From Longimicrobiales bacterium (lineage in GTDB: Bacteria; Gemmatimonadota; Gemmatimonadetes; Longimicrobiales; Gaopeijiaceae): a stretch of DNA of 64,000 bases. The position numbers were made by a program, and so were the translations under genes. The stretch lies in assembly GCA_041690395.1 (NCBI GenBank), contig JAWLHJ010000002.1:64001-128000 (forward strand). The letters run 5' to 3'. Positions 10,201-18,480 of the stretch are shown in pieces. Numbering within the stretch: position 1 is the stretch's first letter; each line of letters begins with the position of its first letter. The notes below the pieces were generated by a model. That model did no database searches. It was not told where the DNA came from and saw only the letters and a program-made list of their open reading frames with translations.

Positions 10201-10349
10201 TCGAGCTGGGAGACGGCCATCTCCAGCGCGGCGTCCTGGGCGGCGGCCGGCGCCACGGTGACGGACAGCGCCAAGGTACAGACGAGCACTCCGAGGACGC
10301 CGCCAACCCACTGGGTCATGCTCGAGGTGCTGCTCGTACGCTGCTTCAT
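7221..10349 (-). CDS. Secreted BNR/Asp-box repeat (VPS10/sortilin-like propeller) protein, often annotated 'glycosyl hydrolase'
   Basis: Signal peptide; IGPAVMGGRI; many S/TxDGGxxW Asp-boxes; CGGLQDN; C-terminal helical region. Confidence 0.85.
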   Translation of the reverse strand: MKQRTSSTSSMTQWVGGVLGVLVCTLALSVTVAPAAAQDAALEMAVSQLELREIGPAVMGGRISDLAVVEGNPSIFYAGFASGGLWRTENGGQSWTALFDEQPSASIGAVTVAPSNPNVVWVGTGEPQNRQSSPYGTGVYKSLDAGRTWEAVGLEDTRHVGRIVIHPTNPDIVYVAAMGHLWGPNEQRGVFRTTDGGDSWEKVLYIDEHTGAIDLVMDRSDPNALFVAMYQRQRTPWGYSADGDGSGIYRTLNGGESWEELTEGLPEGYKGRIGLDIYRRDGHLLYAIVESDDEGRGLYRSEDRGNSWERISTRNPRPMYFSIVRIDPSNPERIYLGGVTLSISDDGGRTWWEGDAADGVHLDHHAIWIDPSDSNHALLGTDGGVASTRDGGRNWIHHHNLATGQFYQIDVDNRDPYWICGGLQDNNSWCGPSRTLTDAGRISSGGPSNKDWHRVWGGDGFWNLIDPTNPDIVYSESQNGRFGRFHQNTGETAQLQPTARPLEAMEREYRWHWNTPLHLSLHDASTLYAGANHLLRTRDRGMTWEEASPDLTRQVDRDTLSIMGMPVTDSTLSLNDGTSHYGVITEIGESPLDARVLYAGTDDGKLWGSRDDGASWTDLSDDVPGLVHGMTVSGIEASHHVPGRVYVAFDGHRNDDYRPYVAVSDDFGESWRPITNGLPADASVNAVREHPRTPGLIFVGNEVGLYFSVDTGQRWTRLTGNFPTVPVDDMRIHPRDNDLVIGTHGRSIWVLDDVGPLEQIARDAVLERPAALFDGQRGTMWVLAPGPWFHPSEFYGDNPPDGLRIRYWLAEDQGDDVRLEVLDSGGEVIRVLEGPGDAGIQQTAWDFRMLAEDEEEAGSGVPVLPGDFDVRLIAGGQTVTTQVAVRMDPRVETTTAVLAQRQEALRRLHELNVLAHRADQAVEQVESRVGAVEAALEHGGQEAEALLGRAENVTSRLAEAVEQLNEGRPGGRLGSAVEGIYDPPTEDQAWQIDLAGERTRAAIQELNTLISGELTQLENDVYSPGARPAPLSPIRLPTVSDD

Positions 10350-10409
10350 GTTCGGATCTCCGTGGAATTCGTCTTCTCGGTTGCGAAGTCTCTCGGCCCG
10401 CGCCCGGCG

Positions 10410-12908
10410 CTACGGCCAGGGCAGCGGGATGCCGATGACGCCCGTCCGGAGCACGGGAACCTCGCCCAGCGTCAGGTAGCGGGAGATCTCACCCACCGCC
10501 CGGCGGACATGCGCCCTGTCCGCCGCGTCGCCGGCACGTCCGGCTCCCGCCTGTGTGGCCGTGCCCGCCGGTCCTTCGAGGCTCGCCGCGAGCATCTCGA
10601 GTCGGAGCGTCGCTCCGTCCCGGACCGCGTCGGTCGCCTGTTCGTCCGTCGCGAGCGCGAAGAGTCCGTCAAGAACGGAGCGCTCCGCCGCGCGCCGGTA
10701 GGCCCCGGTCATGCCCTCCCGGCTTCCGGACGCACCCCAGGTCCCGTCCACCAGAGCGCCCAGCACCTCGTCGAGCGACGGGACGCTCGCGTCGCGGGCG
10801 TGGAACATGACCAGACGGGCCATGCGCTCACGGTGCAGCAGGTTGTCGACCGTTTCCTGAGCGAAGCTCCGGGCCACGGCCAGCGGGTCGAACGCCGTGC
10901 CGGAAGGCGATTCGATCCAGGTCGCGTGCGAGCCCACCGAGGGCGGGAGCGCGACCCCGGCCGGATTGATCCAGCCGGCGGGCTCGCCGTACCCGGGCGG
11001 GGTCGGCGGGATGATCGGCGGAATGTGCTCGGGCACACCCAGCTCCTCCGGCGAGAGCACCCGAACCACGGTCTCGAGGGCCCTCCGCTGCTCGTCGGCC
11101 GGAATGACGCGTGTCGGCGTCTGGCCGTCGCCGCGCAGCGTGTACGTGTAGTGCATGCCGCCGACGTACTTCACCAGCCCTTCCATGACGTAGCGGTGGT
11201 GGAGGTACACGTGCGCGAAGCGCTGGTTGAGCCAGGAGAGCGGCTCACCCGGCCGAATGGCGTTCTCGTCGAAGTGACGGAGCAGCTCGCGCCGCACCCT
11301 GAGCGCCCGGTCGGTGGCGTCGAACAGCGTCGGTCCCGTAACCCAACGGGTGACCTCCGGATAGGAGCCCGAGATGTCGCCGTCGGATGTCGAGAGGTGC
11401 CCACGGTCGAGCGCCTCCTGGACGATCTCGGCGAGACCTTCCGCCTCCGCCTCCGGCGTGGGGTACCACGTGTACGCGTAGCGCACGCTCAGGGTGTCGC
11501 TCCACCCGCCGCTGTTCCGGTACGCGTCGGATATGTCCAGCCGCCCCTGTCCGTCGGCCTCGATGAGCGGGAACGGATAGTCCATCACGGAGCTCCGCCC
11601 CTGCGCCGTGGCGATGAAGTTGTGCGGGAAGCCGAGGGTGTGGCCGACCTCGTGGGCGGACAGCTGCCGCCGGCGCGCCATCGTGAACTCCTCGGCGGTG
11701 AGCTGCGGCGTCACGCCCGTCGCCGCGTACACCGGCATGAGCCCCATGTAGATGTTGAAGTCGGTGTGCGAGCGGTGCGAGTCCATGCGCGGCATGCCGA
11801 CGAGCAGCTCGCCGGTGCGCGGATCCCTTCGTCCTCCGCCCGTCGACGGGCCCGGGTTGCTGCGGTGTACGAACTGGATGACCGAGTAGCGGGCGTCCAT
11901 CGGGTCGGCGCCCTCCGGCATGTCCCGCACCTGGATCGCGTTTCGCCATCCGGCCGCCTCGAAGATCTCGTTCCACCAGAGCGTCCCTTCCCGATGCGCC
12001 GTGCGGAACGGCTCGGGCGTGCCCGGATCGATGTGCAGAACGATGGGATTCACGGGCTCGACCAGCTCGCCGCGCATGTAGGCCGCCGGGTCCGACGGCT
12101 CGAGACGCCAACGGGACGTGTACCGGGCACGGTAGTCCCCGTCGAAGCTCTCGTTGTAGTCCTGCAGCACCGTGGACGAGTTGCCCGTCCGTGGATCGAA
12201 CGCACGACCCGGCATGGGCTCGTCCGGCAACCTCATGAAGGTGTGGTGCTGCTCGAAGGTGATGAGGCGGCTGTCCGGAGAATGCCTCCTGAGCTCCGCG
12301 TGCAGCGGATCACCCGCGAAGGTCAGGATCGTGCGGATCTCGGTGTTCAGCGGGAAGGCGGAGGTCCCGGACGCGTCGACGTAGCTCTTGTCGCGCTCCA
12401 GCTGGATCTGTCCGAAACCCGCGCCGCGAACGGTCCCGCGGACATCGACGAGGTCGCTCAGCAGGAAGTCCGTGGCATCCACGACCAGGCGGCCGCCCTC
12501 GCTCTCCACGATCTCCATGGACGCCATCACGGCGTCGGGGAAGGCGCGCCCGACGGCCGCGCGATGCTCGGGGTCGTCGGAGGTCGAGATCATGGTCGTG
12601 TTACGACGCACCATGACCACCCGGGGTCCGTGACGCCGGAACTGGACGACCGCTTCGTCTCCACCGGAGCCCACGTCGAGTCCGAAAGTGCGGGCGGACC
12701 CGAGACCGGTCCCCAGGGCGTTCATGTAGAGGACGTCCTGGTCGAGGACGGGGATCTCGAGGTGGACCGCCCCCGTCTCCTGGTCGATGCTCACCGGCAT
12801 GAACGTAGCCTGGGCGTCGACGGTGACGGGAGTGGTACCCAGCCCGAGCGCGACCAGGAGCGCCGCGAGACCCAAGAATCCGAATAATCCGTGCCGCGTC
12901 TCCGTCAT
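10410..12908 (-). CDS. Secreted zinc-dependent metalloprotease (EcxA/DUF4953-DUF5117-like)
   Basis: Signal peptide; HEVGHTLGFPHN metzincin motif; SSVMDY Met-turn; DPRTGE motif. Confidence 0.88.
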   Translation of the reverse strand: MTETRHGLFGFLGLAALLVALGLGTTPVTVDAQATFMPVSIDQETGAVHLEIPVLDQDVLYMNALGTGLGSARTFGLDVGSGGDEAVVQFRRHGPRVVMVRRNTTMISTSDDPEHRAAVGRAFPDAVMASMEIVESEGGRLVVDATDFLLSDLVDVRGTVRGAGFGQIQLERDKSYVDASGTSAFPLNTEIRTILTFAGDPLHAELRRHSPDSRLITFEQHHTFMRLPDEPMPGRAFDPRTGNSSTVLQDYNESFDGDYRARYTSRWRLEPSDPAAYMRGELVEPVNPIVLHIDPGTPEPFRTAHREGTLWWNEIFEAAGWRNAIQVRDMPEGADPMDARYSVIQFVHRSNPGPSTGGGRRDPRTGELLVGMPRMDSHRSHTDFNIYMGLMPVYAATGVTPQLTAEEFTMARRRQLSAHEVGHTLGFPHNFIATAQGRSSVMDYPFPLIEADGQGRLDISDAYRNSGGWSDTLSVRYAYTWYPTPEAEAEGLAEIVQEALDRGHLSTSDGDISGSYPEVTRWVTGPTLFDATDRALRVRRELLRHFDENAIRPGEPLSWLNQRFAHVYLHHRYVMEGLVKYVGGMHYTYTLRGDGQTPTRVIPADEQRRALETVVRVLSPEELGVPEHIPPIIPPTPPGYGEPAGWINPAGVALPPSVGSHATWIESPSGTAFDPLAVARSFAQETVDNLLHRERMARLVMFHARDASVPSLDEVLGALVDGTWGASGSREGMTGAYRRAAERSVLDGLFALATDEQATDAVRDGATLRLEMLAASLEGPAGTATQAGAGRAGDAADRAHVRRAVGEISRYLTLGEVPVLRTGVIGIPLPWP

Positions 12909-12981
12909 TGCCGCATTCTCCTTGGTGGGTGTGCGATCCCCACGAGGGAGGTCGCTCGTCCTTCCGGCGGGACAAGCGAAC

Positions 12982-13011
12982 AGGGTACGGCGGCGAAGCG
13001 CGACCCGTCAA
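12982..13011 (-). promoter_or_regulatory. Putative sigma70 promoter for the metalloprotease gene
   Basis: TTGACG-N18-TACCCT on the minus strand, about 75 nt upstream of the start, which has an AAGGAG RBS. Confidence 0.45.
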
Positions 13012-13057
13012 ATACCGGTCGGGTGGCCGGCCGGGCGTGCGGCGGGAGGGAGCGGCC

Positions 13058-15184
13058 CTACCAGATCCTGAATCGAAGCGACAGGGTTCGGCCGGGCTGC
13101 GGGAGCCCGCACTGGTCGAACACGGCCGCGTCTCCGACGTTCGACACCGAGAGCGACCCCTCACCCCTTCCGAACCCACCCAGGCCTGGGAGCCTGAAGG
13201 CGCGCCTGAGCCCCAGATCGAGCCGCGGGCTCGTGTCGAACGACTCGAGTCCGCCGATCTCCGGGTTCTGGCACAGCTGGCTCCCCACGACCGACATGTC
13301 GGCGGAGGCCACGAAGTCGAGGAGGACGCCCCGCTGCACGCCGAGCTTCGCCGTGAACGCCGGCTCGTACTCGAGCTCGACCGCGCTCCCGGCGGCGTCC
13401 CGCCCGGTCACGTCCTGAACCGTCAGGTCGCCCGACAGGACCGCCCCGAGGAAACGCGTGTTGGCCAACAGCTCGAGGCCGGTGCTGTGCACTGCGTCCT
13501 GGTTCACGCGCTGGAAGCGACTTCCGTCAGGGGTGTCGACGGAGGTGCGGACGATGCCGTCCTGGAGCCGCTGATGGAATCCGACCAGCTGGACGCTGCC
13601 GCTCCGGCCCTCGACCGTGATGCCCGCCTCGCCCGCGATCATGATCTCGGGACGCAGCCCGGGGTTCGGCTCGAATCGGCCCAGCGCCCCGGAGTAGAGC
13701 TCGCGGAGTGCGGGAAAGCGGGTGCGCCGGCTGACCGAGGCGTGGTACGACACGTTGCCGCCGTCCGAGAGCGTGGCGAGGCCGAGGCGCGCGCCCCAGT
13801 CCCAGAGCCGATCGAGCGCCGGCTTGTCGCCGGACTCCGGCGTGTCCGAGCCGTCGGCCGCGACACCCAGCGTCACCCGGGTCGTTCCGAGGCCGGAGAT
13901 GCCGAGAAAGCCGTCGAAGCGCTGTTCGACCTCGCCGCCGAGGCTCCAGAGGCGCTGCGAGTACGCCATCTCGGGTCCGTCGCCGATGACTTCGTCGTGG
14001 TCCACGTCCGCGAAGGTGAGCGCCGCGCGGAGCTCGGTCCGCTCGGTGACGCCGGCGTCACCCATGAGGCGGAGCGTCAGCGTGCGATCGTCACCGAGTT
14101 CCGTGTCCACCACCTGGTCGAAGGCTTCGGTGGCGAACGCGTCGATCTCGGTTCGTCCCATGTCGAGCCCCACCGAAGCCTCGAGATCGGCGAGGCCGAG
14201 GGCCGTGTCGTGGAAGCCCGTGCCCCCGGACACGGCCACGATGGTCCGGCGCTGGTACGGGTAGCGCCACAGGCGAGGGTCGTCGACGTGGGCCTCGGGC
14301 GGGACGCCTCGCTCAGACTGGAAGCCGGACCCGACGGCCGACAGCCAGGGACCGTCCTCACTCCGGTAGCGTGCCGACGCGAAGCCGTCGAGGCGCCGCA
14401 CGTCCGAGTTCAGCCGGAGGCGTCCATCCGCGCTCAGGAGGCCGGGATCGAGGCTCGGGTCTCCGAGCCCGCCCGGGAGGGCCACACCATCGTGCTCCTG
14501 GAAGCCGAAGCCGGCCCTCAGCTCCCATGCGCCGTCGTCCGTCTCCATCAGCGTGCCGCCACTCGCGGCCACGGACGCGCCGCCCGTGTGGTCCATCCCG
14601 ACGTGTGTCGTGAGCGGCTCGGGCCGCTCGTACCCCTCGGACCCACGCGCGATGTCGATCTCGACCGCGCCGCCGAGGACGTTCGGCCCGTGCAGGATCG
14701 TGGAGAGTCCACGGACGAGGCGGATGCGGCGCGCCGCGGTCAGCGGAATCACGGACAGGTCGGTGCGGGCGTCCCAGCCGAGCGTGAGCGGGACGCCGTC
14801 GACGATCACGGCCACCTGCCGGTCCTCCGCGCCGCGGAGCGCTGGCTGGGCCTCGCCCCGGGAGTTGGTGCGGATGGTGATCAGCGGCATCGCCCGGAGC
14901 GCCTCTTCCAGCGTCGGCGCCGGTCGTAGTGACACCGAGTCCAGATCGAAGTCCACGGTGCTCGACCCGCCCGCCGTGGTCGTCGGGCGCGCCACGTCGA
15001 TCGTGATGCCCTGGAGGTCGTAACGCGCGATCGAGTCGGTCCGTACGGAATCCGCCCGGATGGAGTCGCCCGGCTCCTGGGCCTGCGCCAGGCCGGCGGC
15101 CCCGAGCGACAGGGCCAGCGCCGCGAACGCCGCACCGAGGCGGTGCATCCGCCCGGTCACGTGCATCACAGTCCTCATCGTCAT
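13058..15184 (-). CDS. TonB-dependent receptor (non-SusC type)
   Basis: Signal peptide; plug motifs VAVIVDGVPL and IRLVRGLSTILHGPNVLGGAVEI; NPGLRPE; C-terminal PGRTLSLRFRIW. Confidence 0.85.
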   Translation of the reverse strand: MTMRTVMHVTGRMHRLGAAFAALALSLGAAGLAQAQEPGDSIRADSVRTDSIARYDLQGITIDVARPTTTAGGSSTVDFDLDSVSLRPAPTLEEALRAMPLITIRTNSRGEAQPALRGAEDRQVAVIVDGVPLTLGWDARTDLSVIPLTAARRIRLVRGLSTILHGPNVLGGAVEIDIARGSEGYERPEPLTTHVGMDHTGGASVAASGGTLMETDDGAWELRAGFGFQEHDGVALPGGLGDPSLDPGLLSADGRLRLNSDVRRLDGFASARYRSEDGPWLSAVGSGFQSERGVPPEAHVDDPRLWRYPYQRRTIVAVSGGTGFHDTALGLADLEASVGLDMGRTEIDAFATEAFDQVVDTELGDDRTLTLRLMGDAGVTERTELRAALTFADVDHDEVIGDGPEMAYSQRLWSLGGEVEQRFDGFLGISGLGTTRVTLGVAADGSDTPESGDKPALDRLWDWGARLGLATLSDGGNVSYHASVSRRTRFPALRELYSGALGRFEPNPGLRPEIMIAGEAGITVEGRSGSVQLVGFHQRLQDGIVRTSVDTPDGSRFQRVNQDAVHSTGLELLANTRFLGAVLSGDLTVQDVTGRDAAGSAVELEYEPAFTAKLGVQRGVLLDFVASADMSVVGSQLCQNPEIGGLESFDTSPRLDLGLRRAFRLPGLGGFGRGEGSLSVSNVGDAAVFDQCGLPQPGRTLSLRFRIW

Positions 15185-15215
15185 CGGTCGTGGATCCGCG
15201 CAGTAAGAACCCGGT

Positions 15216-16937
15216 TCAGAAAAACACCGGCTCCTTGTACGCCCCGAACACGTTCTCCATGGCGTGCCGGATCTCGTAGAGCGTGCAGTCGGCCCGGGCG
15301 CAGTCGAGGATGAACGGCACGACGTTCGAGCCGTCGCGCGCGGCGCCCTCGAGGGCGCCGAGCGCGGCCTCGACCTTGGCGTCGTCTCGGCGTTCCCTAA
15401 GCCCCTTCATGCGCGCCACCTGCCGGGCCTCGACTTCCGAGTCGATCTTGAGGGTGTCGATCTCGATGGACCCCGACCCCTCCGTGAACTGGTTCACGCC
15501 GACGATCACGCGCTCGGCGGACTCGATGTCGCGCTGCTGACGCATGGCCGACTCGGCGATCTCGCGCTGGAACCAGCCGTTCTCGATGCCCGGCACCACG
15601 CCCCCCATGCCGTCGATCTCGTCGAACAGCGCCAGAGCCTCCCGCTCGAGGTCGTCCGTGAGCGCCTCCACGTAGTACGAGCCGGCGAGGGGATCGATCG
15701 TGTTCGGCACACCCGACTCGTGGGCGAGGATCTGCTGTGTCCGGAGCGCGATCCGGACCGCCTTCTCCGTCGGGAGCGAGAGCGTCTCGTCCATCGAGTT
15801 CGTGTGCAGCGACTGGGTGCCGCCGAGCGCCGCCGCCATCGCCTGGTAGGCGACGCGCACGATGTTGTTCTCGGGCTGCTGGGCGGTGAGGCTCACGCCG
15901 GCGGTCTGGGCGTGGGTCCTGAGACGCCACGACTCCGGGTTCTTCGCGCCGTACTTCTCCTTCATCCCGCGCGCCCAGATGCGACGGGCGGCCCGGAATT
16001 TCGCGATCTCCTCGAAGAAGTCGTTGTGGACGTCGAAGAAGAACGAGAGCCTGGGCGCGAACTGGTCGACGTCGAGCCCACGCGCGATCCCCCGCTCCAC
16101 GTACTCGAAGCCGTTACGGAGGGTGAACGCGAGCTCCTGGCCGGCGGTCGCGCCGGCCTCACGGATGTGATATCCGGAGATGGAGATCGGGTTGTACTTC
16201 GGCGCGTTGTCGCTGCACCAGTCGAACATGTCGACGATGAGGCGAATCGCCGGCTCCGGCGGGAACACCCACGCGTGCTGCGCCTGGTACTCCTTGAGGA
16301 TGTCGTTCTGGACCGTGCCGCGCAGCTTGTCGGGGGAGACGCCCTGCCGCTCGGCGGCCACGACGTAGAAGCAGAAGAGGATGATCGCCGGGCCGTTGAT
16401 CGTCATCGACACCGAGACCTGGTCGAGCGGAATCCCGTCGAACAGCGTCTCCATATCCATGAGCGACGAGATGGCCACGCCGCAGACGCCTACCTCGCCC
16501 AGCGAGCGGGGGTGGTCGGAGTCGTATCCCATGAGCGTCGGAAAGTCGAACGCGACGGAGAGGCCGGTCTGGCCGTTCGCGAGGAGGTACTTGTACCGCT
16601 CGTTGGTCTCCTCGGCCGTGGCGAAGCCCGCGAACTGCCGCATGGTCCAGAGACGCGTGCGGTACATGCTCGTGTACGGCCCACGCGTGAACGGGTACTC
16701 GCCGGGGAAGCCGATCCGCTCCTCATAGTCGTCCCCTGGGACGTCGAGCGGCGTGTACAGCGGCTTCACTTCCTTCCCGGAGAGGCTCAGGAACGAGTCG
16801 CCACGGCTCGGCATGGCCTCGAACGAGGCCTCCCACTCGGCGAGGCGGCCCTTCAGCTCGGCGAGCTCGCTCTCACGACGGCGGACCAGGTCTTCGAGCT
16901 CGGTCCGGCTGAGCACGTCCTTCTCGATGGTCGACAT
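15216..16937 (-). CDS. B12-dependent acyl-CoA mutase, substrate-binding large subunit (isobutyryl-CoA mutase-like)
   Basis: [53 protein letters not shown]; no DxHxxG cobalamin-binding domain; start MSTIEK after GGAGAGG. Confidence 0.9.
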   Translation of the reverse strand: MSTIEKDVLSRTELEDLVRRRESELAELKGRLAEWEASFEAMPSRGDSFLSLSGKEVKPLYTPLDVPGDDYEERIGFPGEYPFTRGPYTSMYRTRLWTMRQFAGFATAEETNERYKYLLANGQTGLSVAFDFPTLMGYDSDHPRSLGEVGVCGVAISSLMDMETLFDGIPLDQVSVSMTINGPAIILFCFYVVAAERQGVSPDKLRGTVQNDILKEYQAQHAWVFPPEPAIRLIVDMFDWCSDNAPKYNPISISGYHIREAGATAGQELAFTLRNGFEYVERGIARGLDVDQFAPRLSFFFDVHNDFFEEIAKFRAARRIWARGMKEKYGAKNPESWRLRTHAQTAGVSLTAQQPENNIVRVAYQAMAAALGGTQSLHTNSMDETLSLPTEKAVRIALRTQQILAHESGVPNTIDPLAGSYYVEALTDDLEREALALFDEIDGMGGVVPGIENGWFQREIAESAMRQQRDIESAERVIVGVNQFTEGSGSIEIDTLKIDSEVEARQVARMKGLRERRDDAKVEAALGALEGAARDGSNVVPFILDCARADCTLYEIRHAMENVFGAYKEPVFF

Positions 16938-17029
16938 ACCCTCTCCTGACGGATCACTGTGGAACGGGGCGCGCATCCCCTTCTCATGCTACGTCCCGAC
17001 TCGAAAGATGTTCGAACAGGCGCCGCGGT

Positions 17030-18100
17030 TCAACGAAGCAGGCCCTCGATGATCTGCTTGGCCACGGAGTACGGTGTGGCGTCGCTGGTGCGGATCCGCT
17101 CGACCCCCCGGTCGAGGAGCTCCGTCGTCTCGTCGCGGCCCCAGGCGATGCGCTTGAGCTCCCGGTTCACGACGTCCTGGACCCGACCGCGGGCCCGGGC
17201 GCGCCGGCGACCTTCGAGCTGTCCGCTCTCGACGAGCCAGGTCCGGTGCTTCTCCACCGTGTCGAGGAGCTCGTCCACGCCCTCCCCCGACTGCGCCGTC
17301 GTGGCCAGGACCGGAATCGACCAGGCGCCGTCGTCCGGCTTCGGCGACGTGCTCCGCTCCTTCTTCATGACCCGGCCGAGATCGACACCGTGGTGCGCGG
17401 GAACGTCCTTCATGGCGCTCCCCGCCTTCAGGTGCATGGCCTGGCGGATCTCCTTGACGAGCCGGTCCGCGCCCGGACGGTCCGCCTTGTTCACCACGAA
17501 GATGTCCGCGATTTCCATGAGTCCGGCCTTCATCGCCTGGATGGCGTCGCCCGACTCGGGCACGAGCACGACCACGACCGTGTCGGCCGCCGCCGTGATC
17601 TCGAGCTCCGTCTGCCCGACACCCACCGTCTCGACCAGGATCCGGTCGAACCGGTAGGCGTCCATCAGGTCGAGGACTTCCTTGGTCGTGGTGGCGAGCC
17701 CGCCGAGCGAGCCGCGCGTGGCCATCGACCGGATGAAGATCCCGGGATCGGTCGCGAGGTCGTTCATCCGGATGCGGTCACCCAGGAGCGCCCCGCCCGA
17801 GTACGGCGACGTCGGGTCCACGGCCACGACGCCGACGGTCTCCTCCCGCGCCCGGTAGCGGGTCGCCGCCGCGGCGACAAGGCTCGACTTCCCCGCCCCC
17901 GGAGGGCCCGTGAAGCCGACCCGGGCCGTCTCCGGGCCGGTCTTGAGCAGCTCGTGCAGCAGCTCCTGGAAGCCGGAACGCTCATCCTCGACCATCGAGA
18001 TGGCGCGGGCGAGGGCGACCGGCTTCTTGTCGCGGAAGCGCTGGAGCAGGGTGGCGTGCGCGGGGGGGAGGTCTCCGGTGAGGGGCGGCATTTCGGTCAT
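17030..18100 (-). CDS. meaB: MeaB/ArgK GTPase chaperone of B12-dependent mutases
   Basis: GPPGAGKSS, VDPTSPYSGGALLGDRIRM, ETVGVGQ, VNKAD; adjacent to the mutase. Confidence 0.93.
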   Translation of the reverse strand: MTEMPPLTGDLPPAHATLLQRFRDKKPVALARAISMVEDERSGFQELLHELLKTGPETARVGFTGPPGAGKSSLVAAAATRYRAREETVGVVAVDPTSPYSGGALLGDRIRMNDLATDPGIFIRSMATRGSLGGLATTTKEVLDLMDAYRFDRILVETVGVGQTELEITAAADTVVVVLVPESGDAIQAMKAGLMEIADIFVVNKADRPGADRLVKEIRQAMHLKAGSAMKDVPAHHGVDLGRVMKKERSTSPKPDDGAWSIPVLATTAQSGEGVDELLDTVEKHRTWLVESGQLEGRRRARARGRVQDVVNRELKRIAWGRDETTELLDRGVERIRTSDATPYSVAKQIIEGLLR

Positions 18101-18175
18101 GGGCTCTGGAGCATGGGGCGACGTTCGGCGCAAAATCCTATCAGGGGCGGGCGGGCTCGCACACCCCGCCTGCTG

Positions 18176-18480
18176 AACAGGTCGCTGAAAAAGGGGAGTA
18201 CCCCGCGCGCATGGGGCTTTCGCTGGTCAGGCAAGGAACGACGACGAGCCATAGCACCGCTACGGCGAGCGAGGAGTGACGCTGCATCACCAGCGAAACC
18301 CCCATGCGCCCAACAAGTGGAATGATATGATCTTACAACCTGAAGGGTTGGGGCGGCACGGCCCCGTTCCGGTCGTTGAAGCTCCTCCGCGTAGCTACGG
18401 CTATGCGGTCGTCGCTCCGCCTACGGCTCGGCGCCGTGGCGCTCCCAACGCGGGGTACTCCCCTTTTTCAGCGACCTGTT
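18176..18480. mobile_element. 305-bp non-autonomous MITE/REP-like element
   Basis: Perfect 32-bp terminal inverted repeats (AACAGGTCGCTGAAAAAGGGGAGTACCCCGCG at 18176-18207, reverse complement at 18449-18480) enclosing two long hairpins and an AT-rich spacer. No transposase. Confidence 0.75.

Noticed and set aside
17002..17017. CGAAAGATGTTCGAAC upstream of the mutase, resembling a Firmicutes/Actinobacteria SOS box
   Set aside because: Spacing and half-site do not fit GAAC-N4-GTTC, and it differs from the motif upstream of lexA.
15185..18175. Cobalamin riboswitch near the mutase, meaB or TonB receptor
   Set aside because: The intergenic gaps are too short, and I saw no B12-box consensus.
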